From an uncultured Acidobacteriota bacterium (GTDB lineage: Bacteria > Acidobacteriota > UBA6911): a DNA stretch of 64,000 nt. Below, in pieces: positions 22,098 through 31,097 of the stretch. Numbering within the stretch: position 1 is the stretch's first letter; every line of letters begins with the position of its first letter. Below the pieces are notes generated by a model that saw only the letters and a list, made by a program, of their open reading frames with translations, made no database searches and was not told the DNA's origin. The stretch lies in assembly GCA_963843575.1 (NCBI GenBank), contig CAWJKZ010000013.1, forward strand, positions 704,001-768,000. The letters run 5' to 3'. The translations under genes were made by a program, and so were the position numbers.

Positions 22098-22137
22098 GTC
22101 ACAGATCGTCCATATCGGGCGACGTCAAAGGGGAATA

Positions 22138-22153
22138 TGCAATCGACATGCCA
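22138..22153 (-). promoter_or_regulatory. Sigma-54 (-24/-12) promoter upstream of the kinase-regulator operon
   Basis: Minus strand TGGCAT-GTCGA-TTGCA versus consensus TGGCAC-N5-TTGCW, 40 nt before ATG 22097, with an AT-rich upstream region. Confidence 0.75.
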
Positions 22154-22364
22154 AAGGATGAATGGTGACAAATCTATAATTCATTTTGCTTGTTCTGTTA
22201 CGGCGCAGCGACGGCACCTTCAACCTGGTCGAGCAGTAATTCATGCCATTGGATACATTACCGTCCAATATTTTGAACTGGCACTTTATCTTATTCAAGG
22301 TCAAAGACAAAGCAGGGGCAGGTGCAACTGTCGCAGAGGGAGCGGCAACGTGTGGGGCAGACGC

Positions 22365-24125
22365 CTAATACAGGTTCAGGTTTAGACCAAACCGCAAGGA
22401 GCGCGGGTTGCGGGTGAGGAGTATGTCTCCGTCCGTTGTTTGGACTCGCTGGAGGTTCTGGTCGAACAGGTTTCGCACGTCCACGAGAGCCTCCCAACGC
22501 CGGGTGCTGCCCATGAACTCAGGCAGGGGGATGGGTTGGCGGATGACGAAGTTCGTCCCCTTGGACATCATGTCGGTCCTGTCGCCGAAGAGGTCGATCG
22601 GGCTCAGGGGATGCCCTGGGTACCAGCGAACGGTGGCAGTGATCTCGGTCTTGGTGTGAGGAACGACCGCGTTCAGCCTGGTCGTGAAGGCGTGGTAGTA
22701 CGAACGCTGCACGTGCTCGAGCAGGCTGCGGGCCATGGCCTCGCTCGAGAGCTGCCTATCCTGGCCGGACAGACTTGCTCCGGAGCCATAGACATACGCG
22801 ATCGAGCCGGTCAGGAAATCGAGGAACCTGCGGTTCATGGCCAGCCTGACGCCGCGTTGCGCCGACTGGGCTTCGGTCAGCTGAGTCACGCGCTCCGGAT
22901 ACCCGGGTTGCGGAGACGACAGGAACAGCGGCATCCCGGGGCCGTTCATGTGGTCTTCGTAGACGCCGAGCTCGACGTTGGTCCCGTCGGTGAACTCGCG
23001 GCCGACCGAAAGCTCGGAGTGCTTGAACTCGCTTACGTGGACCTGCCCGTCGATTTTTGCGATGTAGGTGGGTTCGATCAGGTTGAGTACCTCGCCGTCC
23101 GGCAAAGCGATGGAGTTGTTGTCGCTGAGGCGGCGCGACGCGATCCCGGTCTTGACGAACCAGCCGTCGATCGGCGTGACGGTGATCTGGAAAAACGGGC
23201 TGAAGAAGGTGCTGGTGGGGCCGTAGTAGACGCGCGACAGGTCGAAACCATACTCGAGCGCGAGGCTGTCCAGGACTTTGCTGCGGGACGCGAAACCAAC
23301 CCCGACAGTCTGAATGCCCGATTCCCGCAATTGCGGGTCGCCGTCGAAGAACTCGGCCGGACGCGAGATGTTGCCCAGGGTGGGGCCGTCCATCGTCATG
23401 CGGCCGTAGCCGAACGAGAACTTCATGTCCCGGTCGGGACCCGGCCGGTAGTTGTAGGTGTTGCGCACCTGCCAGTACGAGTCGAAGCCCGAATTGAGCT
23501 GTCCGGAAAGGATCATCCGACCGTGTTCGCTCACCGGTTCCGAGAACGCGAAGTTCGAAACGATCCCCGTCTGTCCGGTTACGGGCGAGAGAGTGTAACT
23601 GTCGCTGCTCAGCCCCGACGTCGAGATGACGTTGAGAGTCGCTCCGCGTGCGAACGACCCGTCGCCGTCGGTGGGCACGTTGGACGGGAGGTCCCTGAAG
23701 ATGAGGCGCCGGTCCGAGGTGCTGCGCACGACACTCTTCAGGTCCCAATTGCGTGGGTCGGGTTCGCCCGAGACAAAATCGAGGAACTGCTGCAGTATGA
23801 CGTTGAGGGTCGTCGTCTTTCCCGGCTCGATCTTGATGGAGGAACTTGTCAGCGGGTGGTACCCTTCGCGGCTGACCTGCAGAAAATAGGAGCCTGGCGT
23901 GAGGTTTGCCAGCGCGTACACGCCCTGCCGGTCGGAGCGGGTGAACGAGATCGTTCCCCCTTCCTGATCCTGTTTGAAGACCGTGATTACGGCGCCTATC
24001 AAACCCTCTCCGGTTCCGGATGTCACCTTTCCGGAGATTCGCCCAGCGGTCTTGGCCCCCGCAACCGGGGGGACGGCAAGTGCGGCCAGCAAGAACATCG
24101 GGAGGATGCGCACGAAGGCCTTCAT
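22365..24125 (-). CDS. Outer-membrane beta-barrel protein with N-terminal carboxypeptidase-regulatory-like domain (TonB-receptor-like)
   Basis: Signal peptide; GRISGKVT...NLTPGSYFLQVSREGY; ends VRNLFD..PRSLRFGLNLNLY. Confidence 0.75.
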   Translation of the reverse strand: MKAFVRILPMFLLAALAVPPVAGAKTAGRISGKVTSGTGEGLIGAVITVFKQDQEGGTISFTRSDRQGVYALANLTPGSYFLQVSREGYHPLTSSSIKIEPGKTTTLNVILQQFLDFVSGEPDPRNWDLKSVVRSTSDRRLIFRDLPSNVPTDGDGSFARGATLNVISTSGLSSDSYTLSPVTGQTGIVSNFAFSEPVSEHGRMILSGQLNSGFDSYWQVRNTYNYRPGPDRDMKFSFGYGRMTMDGPTLGNISRPAEFFDGDPQLRESGIQTVGVGFASRSKVLDSLALEYGFDLSRVYYGPTSTFFSPFFQITVTPIDGWFVKTGIASRRLSDNNSIALPDGEVLNLIEPTYIAKIDGQVHVSEFKHSELSVGREFTDGTNVELGVYEDHMNGPGMPLFLSSPQPGYPERVTQLTEAQSAQRGVRLAMNRRFLDFLTGSIAYVYGSGASLSGQDRQLSSEAMARSLLEHVQRSYYHAFTTRLNAVVPHTKTEITATVRWYPGHPLSPIDLFGDRTDMMSKGTNFVIRQPIPLPEFMGSTRRWEALVDVRNLFDQNLQRVQTTDGDILLTRNPRSLRFGLNLNLY

Positions 24126-24250
24126 GTAACTCGTCCCTTTAGGTCCCACGGACACTTCCAGCCGGACCCTATATTTCTTTGAGGCTACCACACGCCTCAC
24201 CGGGTGTCAATTTTCGAAAAACAGCTGCGCAAACAGCTGCCGCGCGCGCT

Positions 24251-24682
24251 TCACTCAATGTCGGCGTAGAGCACCTGTGCGGAGCAGTGCACTGCTCCCG
24301 CGGGCAGGTCCGGAACCGGGATGCCGGTGGCTGAGACCCCATCTCCTCCCGCGACCGAGACGCGCACAAGTTGGTTGCGGGGCTCGAGGAGGGTGTTGTT
24401 CTTCGTCCTGAACGACAATTTGAGCATGACGTTGCGGTAGCCGCTCCGGCCGCTGTTGCGGATTTCGACGTCCACCGTGCCGTCGTTGACCCTGCACACT
24501 CCGGTGAGGTCCGCGGGGGCGATCGCCCGGGTGGCGGTGGGGTGCGACTCGCGCACGATCTCGACTGGACGCGGGCTGCCTGGCGGGGCCTCTATCCTGC
24601 GCGACTGGACAACGAGGTATACGAGCACGGCGGTGAGCATCGCGGTCAAGCCGAGGAACAGATATCTTCTAAACTTGAACAT
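24251..24682 (-). CDS. Membrane-anchored hypothetical protein
   Basis: N-terminal TM helix then small beta-rich domain; follows the amidohydrolase by 15 nt. Confidence 0.7.
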   Translation of the reverse strand: MFKFRRYLFLGLTAMLTAVLVYLVVQSRRIEAPPGSPRPVEIVRESHPTATRAIAPADLTGVCRVNDGTVDVEIRNSGRSGYRNVMLKLSFRTKNNTLLEPRNQLVRVSVAGGDGVSATGIPVPDLPAGAVHCSAQVLYADIE

Positions 24683-24697
24683 AGGGGGCCTGGAATC

Positions 24698-25948
24698 CTA
24701 ATCGCGGCGCCAAACGATTTCTCCACAGACTACAGTCGCCAGGCAATCCCCGGCGCCTTCCAGGATCTGGCTGACGAGGTTGCGCTCCGCGACCTCCCCT
24801 GGCAGCCGAAGGATGGTCAGGTCGGCCCAGTAGCCACGCCGCAAGCAGCCCAACACGCCGCCGAACCCCAGTGCGCTTGCGCCATTCAGGGTTGCCATCC
24901 GGAGGATTTCCTCCGATTTCAAGTCTTTGCGCGTTCCGAAAAGGTACCGCACCTCGTCCAGCATACTGAGAGACGCATTGCTTGCTAGAGAATCCGTTCC
25001 CAGGGCCACGTTGATGCCGAGATCGAGCATACGGCGCACCGGGTGCGGAGGGTGGCCGAAGTAGGCGTGGCTGCGCGGGCAGTACACGACGGAGCTGCGG
25101 GTCTGGAGGATCCTGGACATCGAGTCTTCGTCGACGTAGTTGCAGTGAATGAGGACGGGGGAAAGCTGCAGAACGCCCAGGCTTTCGAGCCACGGCACCG
25201 GGGCCGCCTGCGGGGCCGACCAGCCGGGCGGCATCGCGCCCATGCTTTCGAGCAGGTCCCTCAGATCGCCTGTTCCCGACTGAAGTAGCGCGAGCTCCTC
25301 TTCCGTTTCCGCAGTGTGCGTCGCAAGCGGGAGGTCCAGCCGCTGCGCGAGGGCCGCCGCGCCGCGGTACAGCGCGGGGGACACGGTGTAGGGCGCGTGC
25401 GGTGAAACTCCAGCCACGAGTAACGAGTCGCCGCGGTTACGGTCCGCTTCCACCCGTTCTGCCAGGAGTGTCATGCGCGTGGGGCAGAGCGCGGGATCCA
25501 GGCCGAGGGTCTCCTCGAACACAACCTGCCGCAATTTCCCGGGCTGGAGTGCCTGCACGCTCAAGCCAGCGGCGGAAATATCCCCGGCCAGGGTGGTGCC
25601 CGACGCGATCGACATGCGGGCACCTGCCCGGGTGGATTCCACAAAGCGTTCGCGGTGCCACGCGCGCCTCAGGTCGACCAGCTGGCGCAGCCAGTCGGAA
25701 AAGCTGCGCGGGGCATTGATTTGTCCCTGCAGAAGGGTGAGTTCGAGGTGCGTGTGAGCGTTGACGAGACCGGGCAGGATGACGGCGTCGCCCCAGTCGA
25801 TCAGCTCGGTCTCGAGCGCCGCCGGGGGGCCGGTCCATCGTTCCACCCGCGAGATCCTCCCCGGCGCCGCCACGTGCACCGCCGAGTTGCCCAGGACGTG
25901 GTCCGCCTCCGCGACGACAAACCGGGCCCGGTGAATCGTCCGAATCAT
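24698..25948 (-). CDS. Amidohydrolase (nucleoside deaminase, SsnA/MTA-SAH/aminofutalosine deaminase-like)
   Basis: PGLVNAHTHLE, SPHAPYT, THTAET, LIHC, LGTDS, MATLNGA. Confidence 0.9.
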   Translation of the reverse strand: MIRTIHRARFVVAEADHVLGNSAVHVAAPGRISRVERWTGPPAALETELIDWGDAVILPGLVNAHTHLELTLLQGQINAPRSFSDWLRQLVDLRRAWHRERFVESTRAGARMSIASGTTLAGDISAAGLSVQALQPGKLRQVVFEETLGLDPALCPTRMTLLAERVEADRNRGDSLLVAGVSPHAPYTVSPALYRGAAALAQRLDLPLATHTAETEEELALLQSGTGDLRDLLESMGAMPPGWSAPQAAPVPWLESLGVLQLSPVLIHCNYVDEDSMSRILQTRSSVVYCPRSHAYFGHPPHPVRRMLDLGINVALGTDSLASNASLSMLDEVRYLFGTRKDLKSEEILRMATLNGASALGFGGVLGCLRRGYWADLTILRLPGEVAERNLVSQILEGAGDCLATVVCGEIVWRRD

Positions 25949-25998
25949 GGCCGTATTGGGGTGAAAGGTCCTGTGAGAAGCATAGGTAGAAGACAAAG

Positions 25999-26121
25999 GC
26001 CCGAGTGTGCGCAAGGGAGAAGGGGTTCCGGCATAACACCGGAGCAGGCCTAAAAGGCCTTGACCGCCCCCCCGCTCGCGATCTCCTGAGCGGGTATTTG
26101 GGATGGCACTCGCACTCGGGC
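25999..26121. ncRNA. Candidate structured RNA of unknown class
   Basis: Closing stem GCCCGAGTG/CACTCGGGC plus three hairpins: TCCGG/CCGGA, AGGCCT/AGGCCT, CCCGCTC/GAGCGGG. Confidence 0.45.
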
Positions 26122-26321
26122 TGAGCGAAATATATCCACCTTCGCCGTATCCTGCAAGCTCAATCCATTGTGAGCACGCACCAAAGACAACGGACCTTCC
26201 CGGCATTGGACAAACCGCCGGGCGGGATCCAAATGTCCCTTGGCGCGGCCGCAGCCCTTCGGTATATTGACACCGGCGAACTCGATTGGATGTTGCTAAC
26301 GCACTGTGCAGAGGGAAGTTC

Positions 26322-27278
26322 ATGGCAATCCTGCTGAGGGAATCGGATGTAGAAAAGCTGGCCGGCATGAAAATGGCGCTCGATGCGGTCGAGGAGGCCT
26401 TCAGGCTGCAGGGGCAGAAGGAGGCCGACAACGCCCCGCGCCGCCGCTGCCGGCTCAACGACAAGGGCCTCCTGCACGTGATGAGCGCGTCTCTGCCGAC
26501 CCTAGGGTATGCCGGGCTGAAGAGCTACACGAGCATTGGCGGCAAGGCGCGTTTCTTCGTCCAACTCTACAGCGCGTCGACCGGGGAACTACTGGCCATG
26601 GTCGAGGCCGACCTCCTGGGTCAGATCCGCACCGGGGCGGCGAGTGGGGTGGCAACGAAGTTCATGGCGCGGGACAATGCGGCGCGCGTCGGCATCTTCG
26701 GCACCGGCTGGCAGGCGCGTTCGCAGGTCGAGGCGGTTTGCGCCGTGCGCCCCGTCGAATCCGTCGTCGCCTTCAGCCCGAATCCGCAGCACCGGGAGAA
26801 GTTCTGCAGCGACATGTCCGCGAAGCTCGGAATACCGGTTCGGGCCGCATCCGGTGCGGAAGAGACGGCCCGAGAGGCGGATATCGTCATAACGGCGACC
26901 ACTTCCAGGGAACCCGTGTTCCAGGGGGAGTGGATCGCTCCCGGCACCCACATCAACGCCGTCGGCGCTAACCATCTCTCGAGACAGGAACTCGACGTCG
27001 AAACCGTCCGCCGGAGCGCCTGCGTGGTCGTCGACTCGCTCGAGCAGTCGATGCTCGAGTCGGGGGATCTGGCGCGCGCAGCCGAGGCCGATGCCTTCTA
27101 CTGGGAAGATGCCCGCGACCTGGGTCTGGTGGTCGTCGGCGAGTTTCCCGGCCGCGAAGACCCTAGCGAAATCACCATCTTCAAGTCCAACGGGATCGCA
27201 CTGGAGGATATTGCGCTGGCGGGACGCGTTTATGAAGCGGCCTGCAAGACCGGAGCCGGTGAAAAACTGCCTGTTTGA
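26322..27278 (+). CDS. Ornithine cyclodeaminase/mu-crystallin family protein
   Basis: RTGAASGVAT, GIFGTGWQA, ADIVITAT, GTHINAVGA, FKSNGIALED. Confidence 0.93.
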   Translation: MAILLRESDVEKLAGMKMALDAVEEAFRLQGQKEADNAPRRRCRLNDKGLLHVMSASLPTLGYAGLKSYTSIGGKARFFVQLYSASTGELLAMVEADLLGQIRTGAASGVATKFMARDNAARVGIFGTGWQARSQVEAVCAVRPVESVVAFSPNPQHREKFCSDMSAKLGIPVRAASGAEETAREADIVITATTSREPVFQGEWIAPGTHINAVGANHLSRQELDVETVRRSACVVVDSLEQSMLESGDLARAAEADAFYWEDARDLGLVVVGEFPGREDPSEITIFKSNGIALEDIALAGRVYEAACKTGAGEKLPV

Positions 27279-27288
27279 TTTGTGCCAC

Positions 27289-27320
27289 CAAGTGGGCGGG
27301 GACGGCCCGCCCCCGCCCCA
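27289..27320 (+). repeat. REP-like GTGG-headed hairpin between convergent genes
   Basis: CAAGTGGGCGGGG-ACGGCCCGC-CCCCGCCC. Confidence 0.4.
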
Positions 27321-27332
27321 TGACCCTACCCC

Positions 27333-28325
27333 TCACTTCCTGGTGCCACCGAGCAAACCTGACACCTCGGCCGCGGTCGGAAACGCGGGGATAGCTCCGG
27401 GTCTGGTCGTGGCCAGGGCTCCGACGGCGTTGGCAAAGCCGATCCAGCGTGTCAGCACGGCGCGGCCGATATGCAGCTTCCGCAGGTCGCCGGGATTCTT
27501 CAGCAGGCAGGTGAGAAACCCTGCGACAAATCCGTCGCCCGCCCCGGTGCTGTCGACGGCCCGTACCGCGAATCCGGGAACTTCCCCCTCGTATCGCCGC
27601 CAACGGTATGCGGCGCCGCGGGCGCCGCGCGTCACCAGGATCAGGGCATCGCAACACGCCGCCAGTGACCGCATTCCGGTAGATAGGTCCGCGTGCCCGG
27701 TCAGGAACTCCATTTCCTCCTCGTTGACCTTCAGAAGGTGGACGGGGGCAAGAGCCCCTAGCACGGTCCGGCGGGCAACGGCCGCCGAGGGCCACAAGCG
27801 CATCCTCAGGTTCGGATCGCACGAGATGTAGACGCCGGATTCCACGGCCGCACGAATCGAGCTGCAGGCTACCGCGCGAGTAGCCCGGTGGATCAGGCTG
27901 ATGGTGCCGAAATGGAACACGCGGCAACCTCGGATCAGCCCGATGGGGATGTCCCGGGCCCGGAGGCGATGGTCCGCGGTTCCCTCCCAGTAGAACAGAA
28001 AGTCGCGCTCCGCGTCCTCCTTCAACGAGACGAATGCGATCGGGGTGCTCCCGCGCGAGGAAAGAACGAGCCCGCTCACGTCCACGCCGTTCACCGTGAG
28101 TTCTTGTGCCAGGAAGCGGCCGAACTCGTCGTCCCCGACGGCGCCGAGGAACGCCGTGCGCACGCCCAGGCGCGCGGCCGCGACCGCGACGTTGGCCGGG
28201 GCGCCTCCGGCCGCCTTCAGGAATCCGGGGGCGTTGCGGAGCGGGCCGGTGGCGGTGGACACGAAGTCGATGAGAAGCTCGCCGAAACACGCAAGATCCA
28301 GGTGAGGTGATGCCGGTCGGAGCAT
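27333..28325 (-). CDS. PfkB-family carbohydrate kinase (fructokinase-like)
   Basis: GELLIDF, GGAPANVA, VGDDEFG, DPNLR, KVNEEE, VDSTGAGDGF. Confidence 0.94.
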   Translation of the reverse strand: MLRPASPHLDLACFGELLIDFVSTATGPLRNAPGFLKAAGGAPANVAVAAARLGVRTAFLGAVGDDEFGRFLAQELTVNGVDVSGLVLSSRGSTPIAFVSLKEDAERDFLFYWEGTADHRLRARDIPIGLIRGCRVFHFGTISLIHRATRAVACSSIRAAVESGVYISCDPNLRMRLWPSAAVARRTVLGALAPVHLLKVNEEEMEFLTGHADLSTGMRSLAACCDALILVTRGARGAAYRWRRYEGEVPGFAVRAVDSTGAGDGFVAGFLTCLLKNPGDLRKLHIGRAVLTRWIGFANAVGALATTRPGAIPAFPTAAEVSGLLGGTRK

Positions 28326-28487
28326 GCCGGACCTCCAGCGGCCGTACTCTATGCCGCGCAACGGGCAAAGGGAACAGCTTTGTGTCCGCGGGACTGTGCC
28401 TGGCCGTCTCTCCCCCGCGCGGGGCCCGGGCAGGCTATTTCAAAGGCTCGAAGACCCGCATCGATTTGATGTAGACTCGTGGTTCCC

Positions 28488-29996
28488 ATGCGCGCCGAAT
28501 CCAAACCCTACCTGGTCCTCGAGAGCGTCTCGAAATCCTTTCCCGGGGTTCAAGCCCTGGACTCGGTCAATTTCTCGGTGGCGGCCGGCGAGTGTCATGC
28601 GCTGGTGGGTGAAAACGGCGCCGGAAAATCGACGCTGATGAAGGTGTTGTCGGGTGCGGTGCTGCCCGAATCGGGCTCGATCTACTTGGCCGGGGAAAAG
28701 GTCGAGATCGACTCCCCGGCGACGGCCCGGCGACTCGGGATCAGCATGATTTACCAGGAGCTCAACCTCCTGCCGGAACTGACCGTCGCCGAAAACATCT
28801 TTCTCGGCCGCGAGCCGCGCGGCCGGTTCGGGTTGCTGGACCGGCGGAGGATGGTCGAGGAGAGCCGGGTGTGGCTCGAGCGCCTGCACCAGAGCATCGA
28901 TCCCGGCGCCCGGACCCGGGCGCTGTCGCTTGCGCAGCAGCAGATGGTCGAGATCGTCAAAGCCCTTTCGCTGCAGGCGAAGGTCATGATCATGGACGAG
29001 CCCTCGTCCATCCTTACGGACCGGGAACTGGACGAGCTGTTCGCTTTGATCTTGCGCCTGAAGGCCGAAGGGCTGGCCATTATCTACATATCCCACCGGC
29101 TGGAGGAGATATTCCGGGCCTGCGACCGTGTGACAGTCATGCGCGACGGCCGCACGATCTCCACCCGGGTCGTCCCGGAGTCGGACCAGGCGACTCTGGT
29201 CCGGGAGATGGTCGGCCGCGAGGTCGCCGGTGTTTTCCCGACGCGCCGCGAGCCGGCCGAGGAGGTGGTCCTCGACGTCCGGGACGTCACTCGTGCGCCG
29301 CGGTTGCGCCACGTCTCGCTCCGGGTGCGGCGCGGCGAGATTGTCGGGTTGTCCGGGCTCGTGGGGGCCGGCCGCACCGAACTGGCGCGCGTCGTCTTCG
29401 GGGCCGACCCCGCCGACGAGGGCGAAATCCGGTTCGAGGGGGAGGCTCTCCGGAATCACGGGCCGCACGAGGCCATCGAACGAGGGATCGGTTTCCTGAC
29501 GGAAGACCGCAAGTCGCTCGGCCTCCTGCTCAATATGACGGTGCGCGAAAACGTCACCCTTGCCAGGCTGGCAAGGGTGACGCGGGCGGGATTCATTTCC
29601 CGCAGCAGGGAGCGGGAACTGATTGCTCCCCTGGTCGGCGAACTGAGGGTGAAGACGCCGTCGCTGGAACAGGACATCGTCAACCTCTCCGGGGGCAACC
29701 AGCAGAAAGCCATCCTGGCCCGCTGGCTGTTCACGCAGAGCCGCTTCCTGATCTTCGACGAGCCGACCAGGGGCATCGACGTCGGGGCGAAGGCCGAGAT
29801 CTACCAGTTGATCGTCGACCTTGCCGCCGCGGGGAAAAGCATCCTCGTCATCTCCTCGGAACTGCCGGAGATCCTCGGCCTGTGCCACCGCGTCTATGTG
29901 ATGCGCGAAGGCGAGATCGCCGGAGAGTACGCGGCCGCGGGTTCGACACAGGAGCAACTGCTCGCCGCCGCCATGGGAGTTTCCATCGCCAGCTGA
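28488..29996 (+). CDS. Sugar ABC ATP-binding protein (RbsA/MglA type, two NBDs)
   Basis: GENGAGKST, IYQELNL, TEDRK, LSGGNQQK, DEPTRGIDVGAK. Confidence 0.95.
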   Translation: MRAESKPYLVLESVSKSFPGVQALDSVNFSVAAGECHALVGENGAGKSTLMKVLSGAVLPESGSIYLAGEKVEIDSPATARRLGISMIYQELNLLPELTVAENIFLGREPRGRFGLLDRRRMVEESRVWLERLHQSIDPGARTRALSLAQQQMVEIVKALSLQAKVMIMDEPSSILTDRELDELFALILRLKAEGLAIIYISHRLEEIFRACDRVTVMRDGRTISTRVVPESDQATLVREMVGREVAGVFPTRREPAEEVVLDVRDVTRAPRLRHVSLRVRRGEIVGLSGLVGAGRTELARVVFGADPADEGEIRFEGEALRNHGPHEAIERGIGFLTEDRKSLGLLLNMTVRENVTLARLARVTRAGFISRSRERELIAPLVGELRVKTPSLEQDIVNLSGGNQQKAILARWLFTQSRFLIFDEPTRGIDVGAKAEIYQLIVDLAAAGKSILVISSELPEILGLCHRVYVMREGEIAGEYAAAGSTQEQLLAAAMGVSIAS

Positions 29997-30003
29997 GGTC
30001 TAA

Positions 30004-30951
30004 ATGGAAGTCAGTCGCCGACTGCGCACGACCGAGGTCGCGATTTTCGCGGCCGTCCTCCTCGAGTGCATCGTTTTCGCCTTCCTATCGCCGAGCTTCC
30101 TCACCCTGAACAACTTCGTCAACGTGACCCTGCAGATCGCGATCTACGGCATTCTGGCTGTCGGGATGACGATCATCATGATCACCGGCGGCATCGATCT
30201 CTCCATCGGCTCGGTGGTTGCACTCGTCGGGGTCGTCGCCGCGATCCTGTCGAAAAAAGAGGCGCTGCCGGCAGACGTCATGGTGGGGACCGCGATGCTC
30301 GCCGGGATCGCGCTCGGGACCGCGATTGGGGCCGCTTCCGGGTCGCTGATTGCCCGGTTCGGCATACCTCCGTTTATCGTGACGCTCGCGCTGATGACCA
30401 TCTGCCGCGGCGTGGTGTTCATCATCACCGGGGGTTTCACCGAGGGCGAGCTTCCCGCCCATTTTGGCTGGCTCGGGCGAGGGCACCTCTGGTTCCTCCC
30501 CATCCCGGTCGTCATCATGGTGCTTCTGTTCGGGGCGGGCTACGTGGTCCTCGATATGACGGCCTTCGGCCGCCACATCTACGCCCTTGGCGGCAACGAG
30601 GAGGCCGCCCGGCTCTCGGGCATCAGGGTGCGCCGGACCAAGGTCCTCGTCTATTCGCTCAGTGGGCTGCTCACCGGCCTGGCAGGGGTCACCCTGGCGG
30701 CGCGGCTCGGGGCCGGGGCCCCCAATTCGGGGCTCGGCTACGAGCTGGACGTCATCGCCGCCGTGGTGGTCGGCGGCACCAGCTTGAGCGGAGGGCGCGG
30801 GAGTATGATCGGCACCCTCGCAGGAACGATGTTCATAGGGGTGCTGAACAACGGGCTCAACCTCGCCAACGTCGACCCCTACACGCAAAAGGTAGCGCTG
30901 GGCCTCGTCATCCTCGCCGCGGTCTGGCTCGATCAGCTGCAGAAGAAGTAG
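30004..30951 (+). CDS. Sugar ABC permease (RbsC type)
   Basis: GGIDLSIGS, PPFIVTL, GGNEEAARLSG, YELDVIAAVVVGGTSLSGGRG. Confidence 0.95.
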   Translation: MEVSRRLRTTEVAIFAAVLLECIVFAFLSPSFLTLNNFVNVTLQIAIYGILAVGMTIIMITGGIDLSIGSVVALVGVVAAILSKKEALPADVMVGTAMLAGIALGTAIGAASGSLIARFGIPPFIVTLALMTICRGVVFIITGGFTEGELPAHFGWLGRGHLWFLPIPVVIMVLLFGAGYVVLDMTAFGRHIYALGGNEEAARLSGIRVRRTKVLVYSLSGLLTGLAGVTLAARLGAGAPNSGLGYELDVIAAVVVGGTSLSGGRGSMIGTLAGTMFIGVLNNGLNLANVDPYTQKVALGLVILAAVWLDQLQKK

Positions 30952-31097
30952 GCTCCGCCCGGGGACACGCGAAGTCCACCTCAACGATTGCGCAAGGTTC
31001 CGGGGCCGCGGCGAACCGCCGCGGCCCACCACCCGACTGGCAGCTGCGCGCTGCGCAGTGTACGATTCCAGGTACAAGTTATGGAGGTGCCCGCTTC

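Noticed and set aside
25999-26121. Cloverleaf-like region as tRNA or tRNA-Sec
   Set aside because: No TTC T-loop, D-loop GG or CCA end in correct geometry on either strand. Retained only as an unknown structured RNA.
28440-29957. Long antisense ORFs (also 22440-24182, 6714-7961, 41022-42392 and others)
   Set aside because: Expected from high-GC codon bias mirroring real genes. They have no motifs of their own.
30066-31097. N-terminal third of the 1207-aa ORF
   Set aside because: Off-frame shadow of the sugar permease (Arg/Pro-rich junk). The real start is ATG 31098 with RBS and signal peptide.
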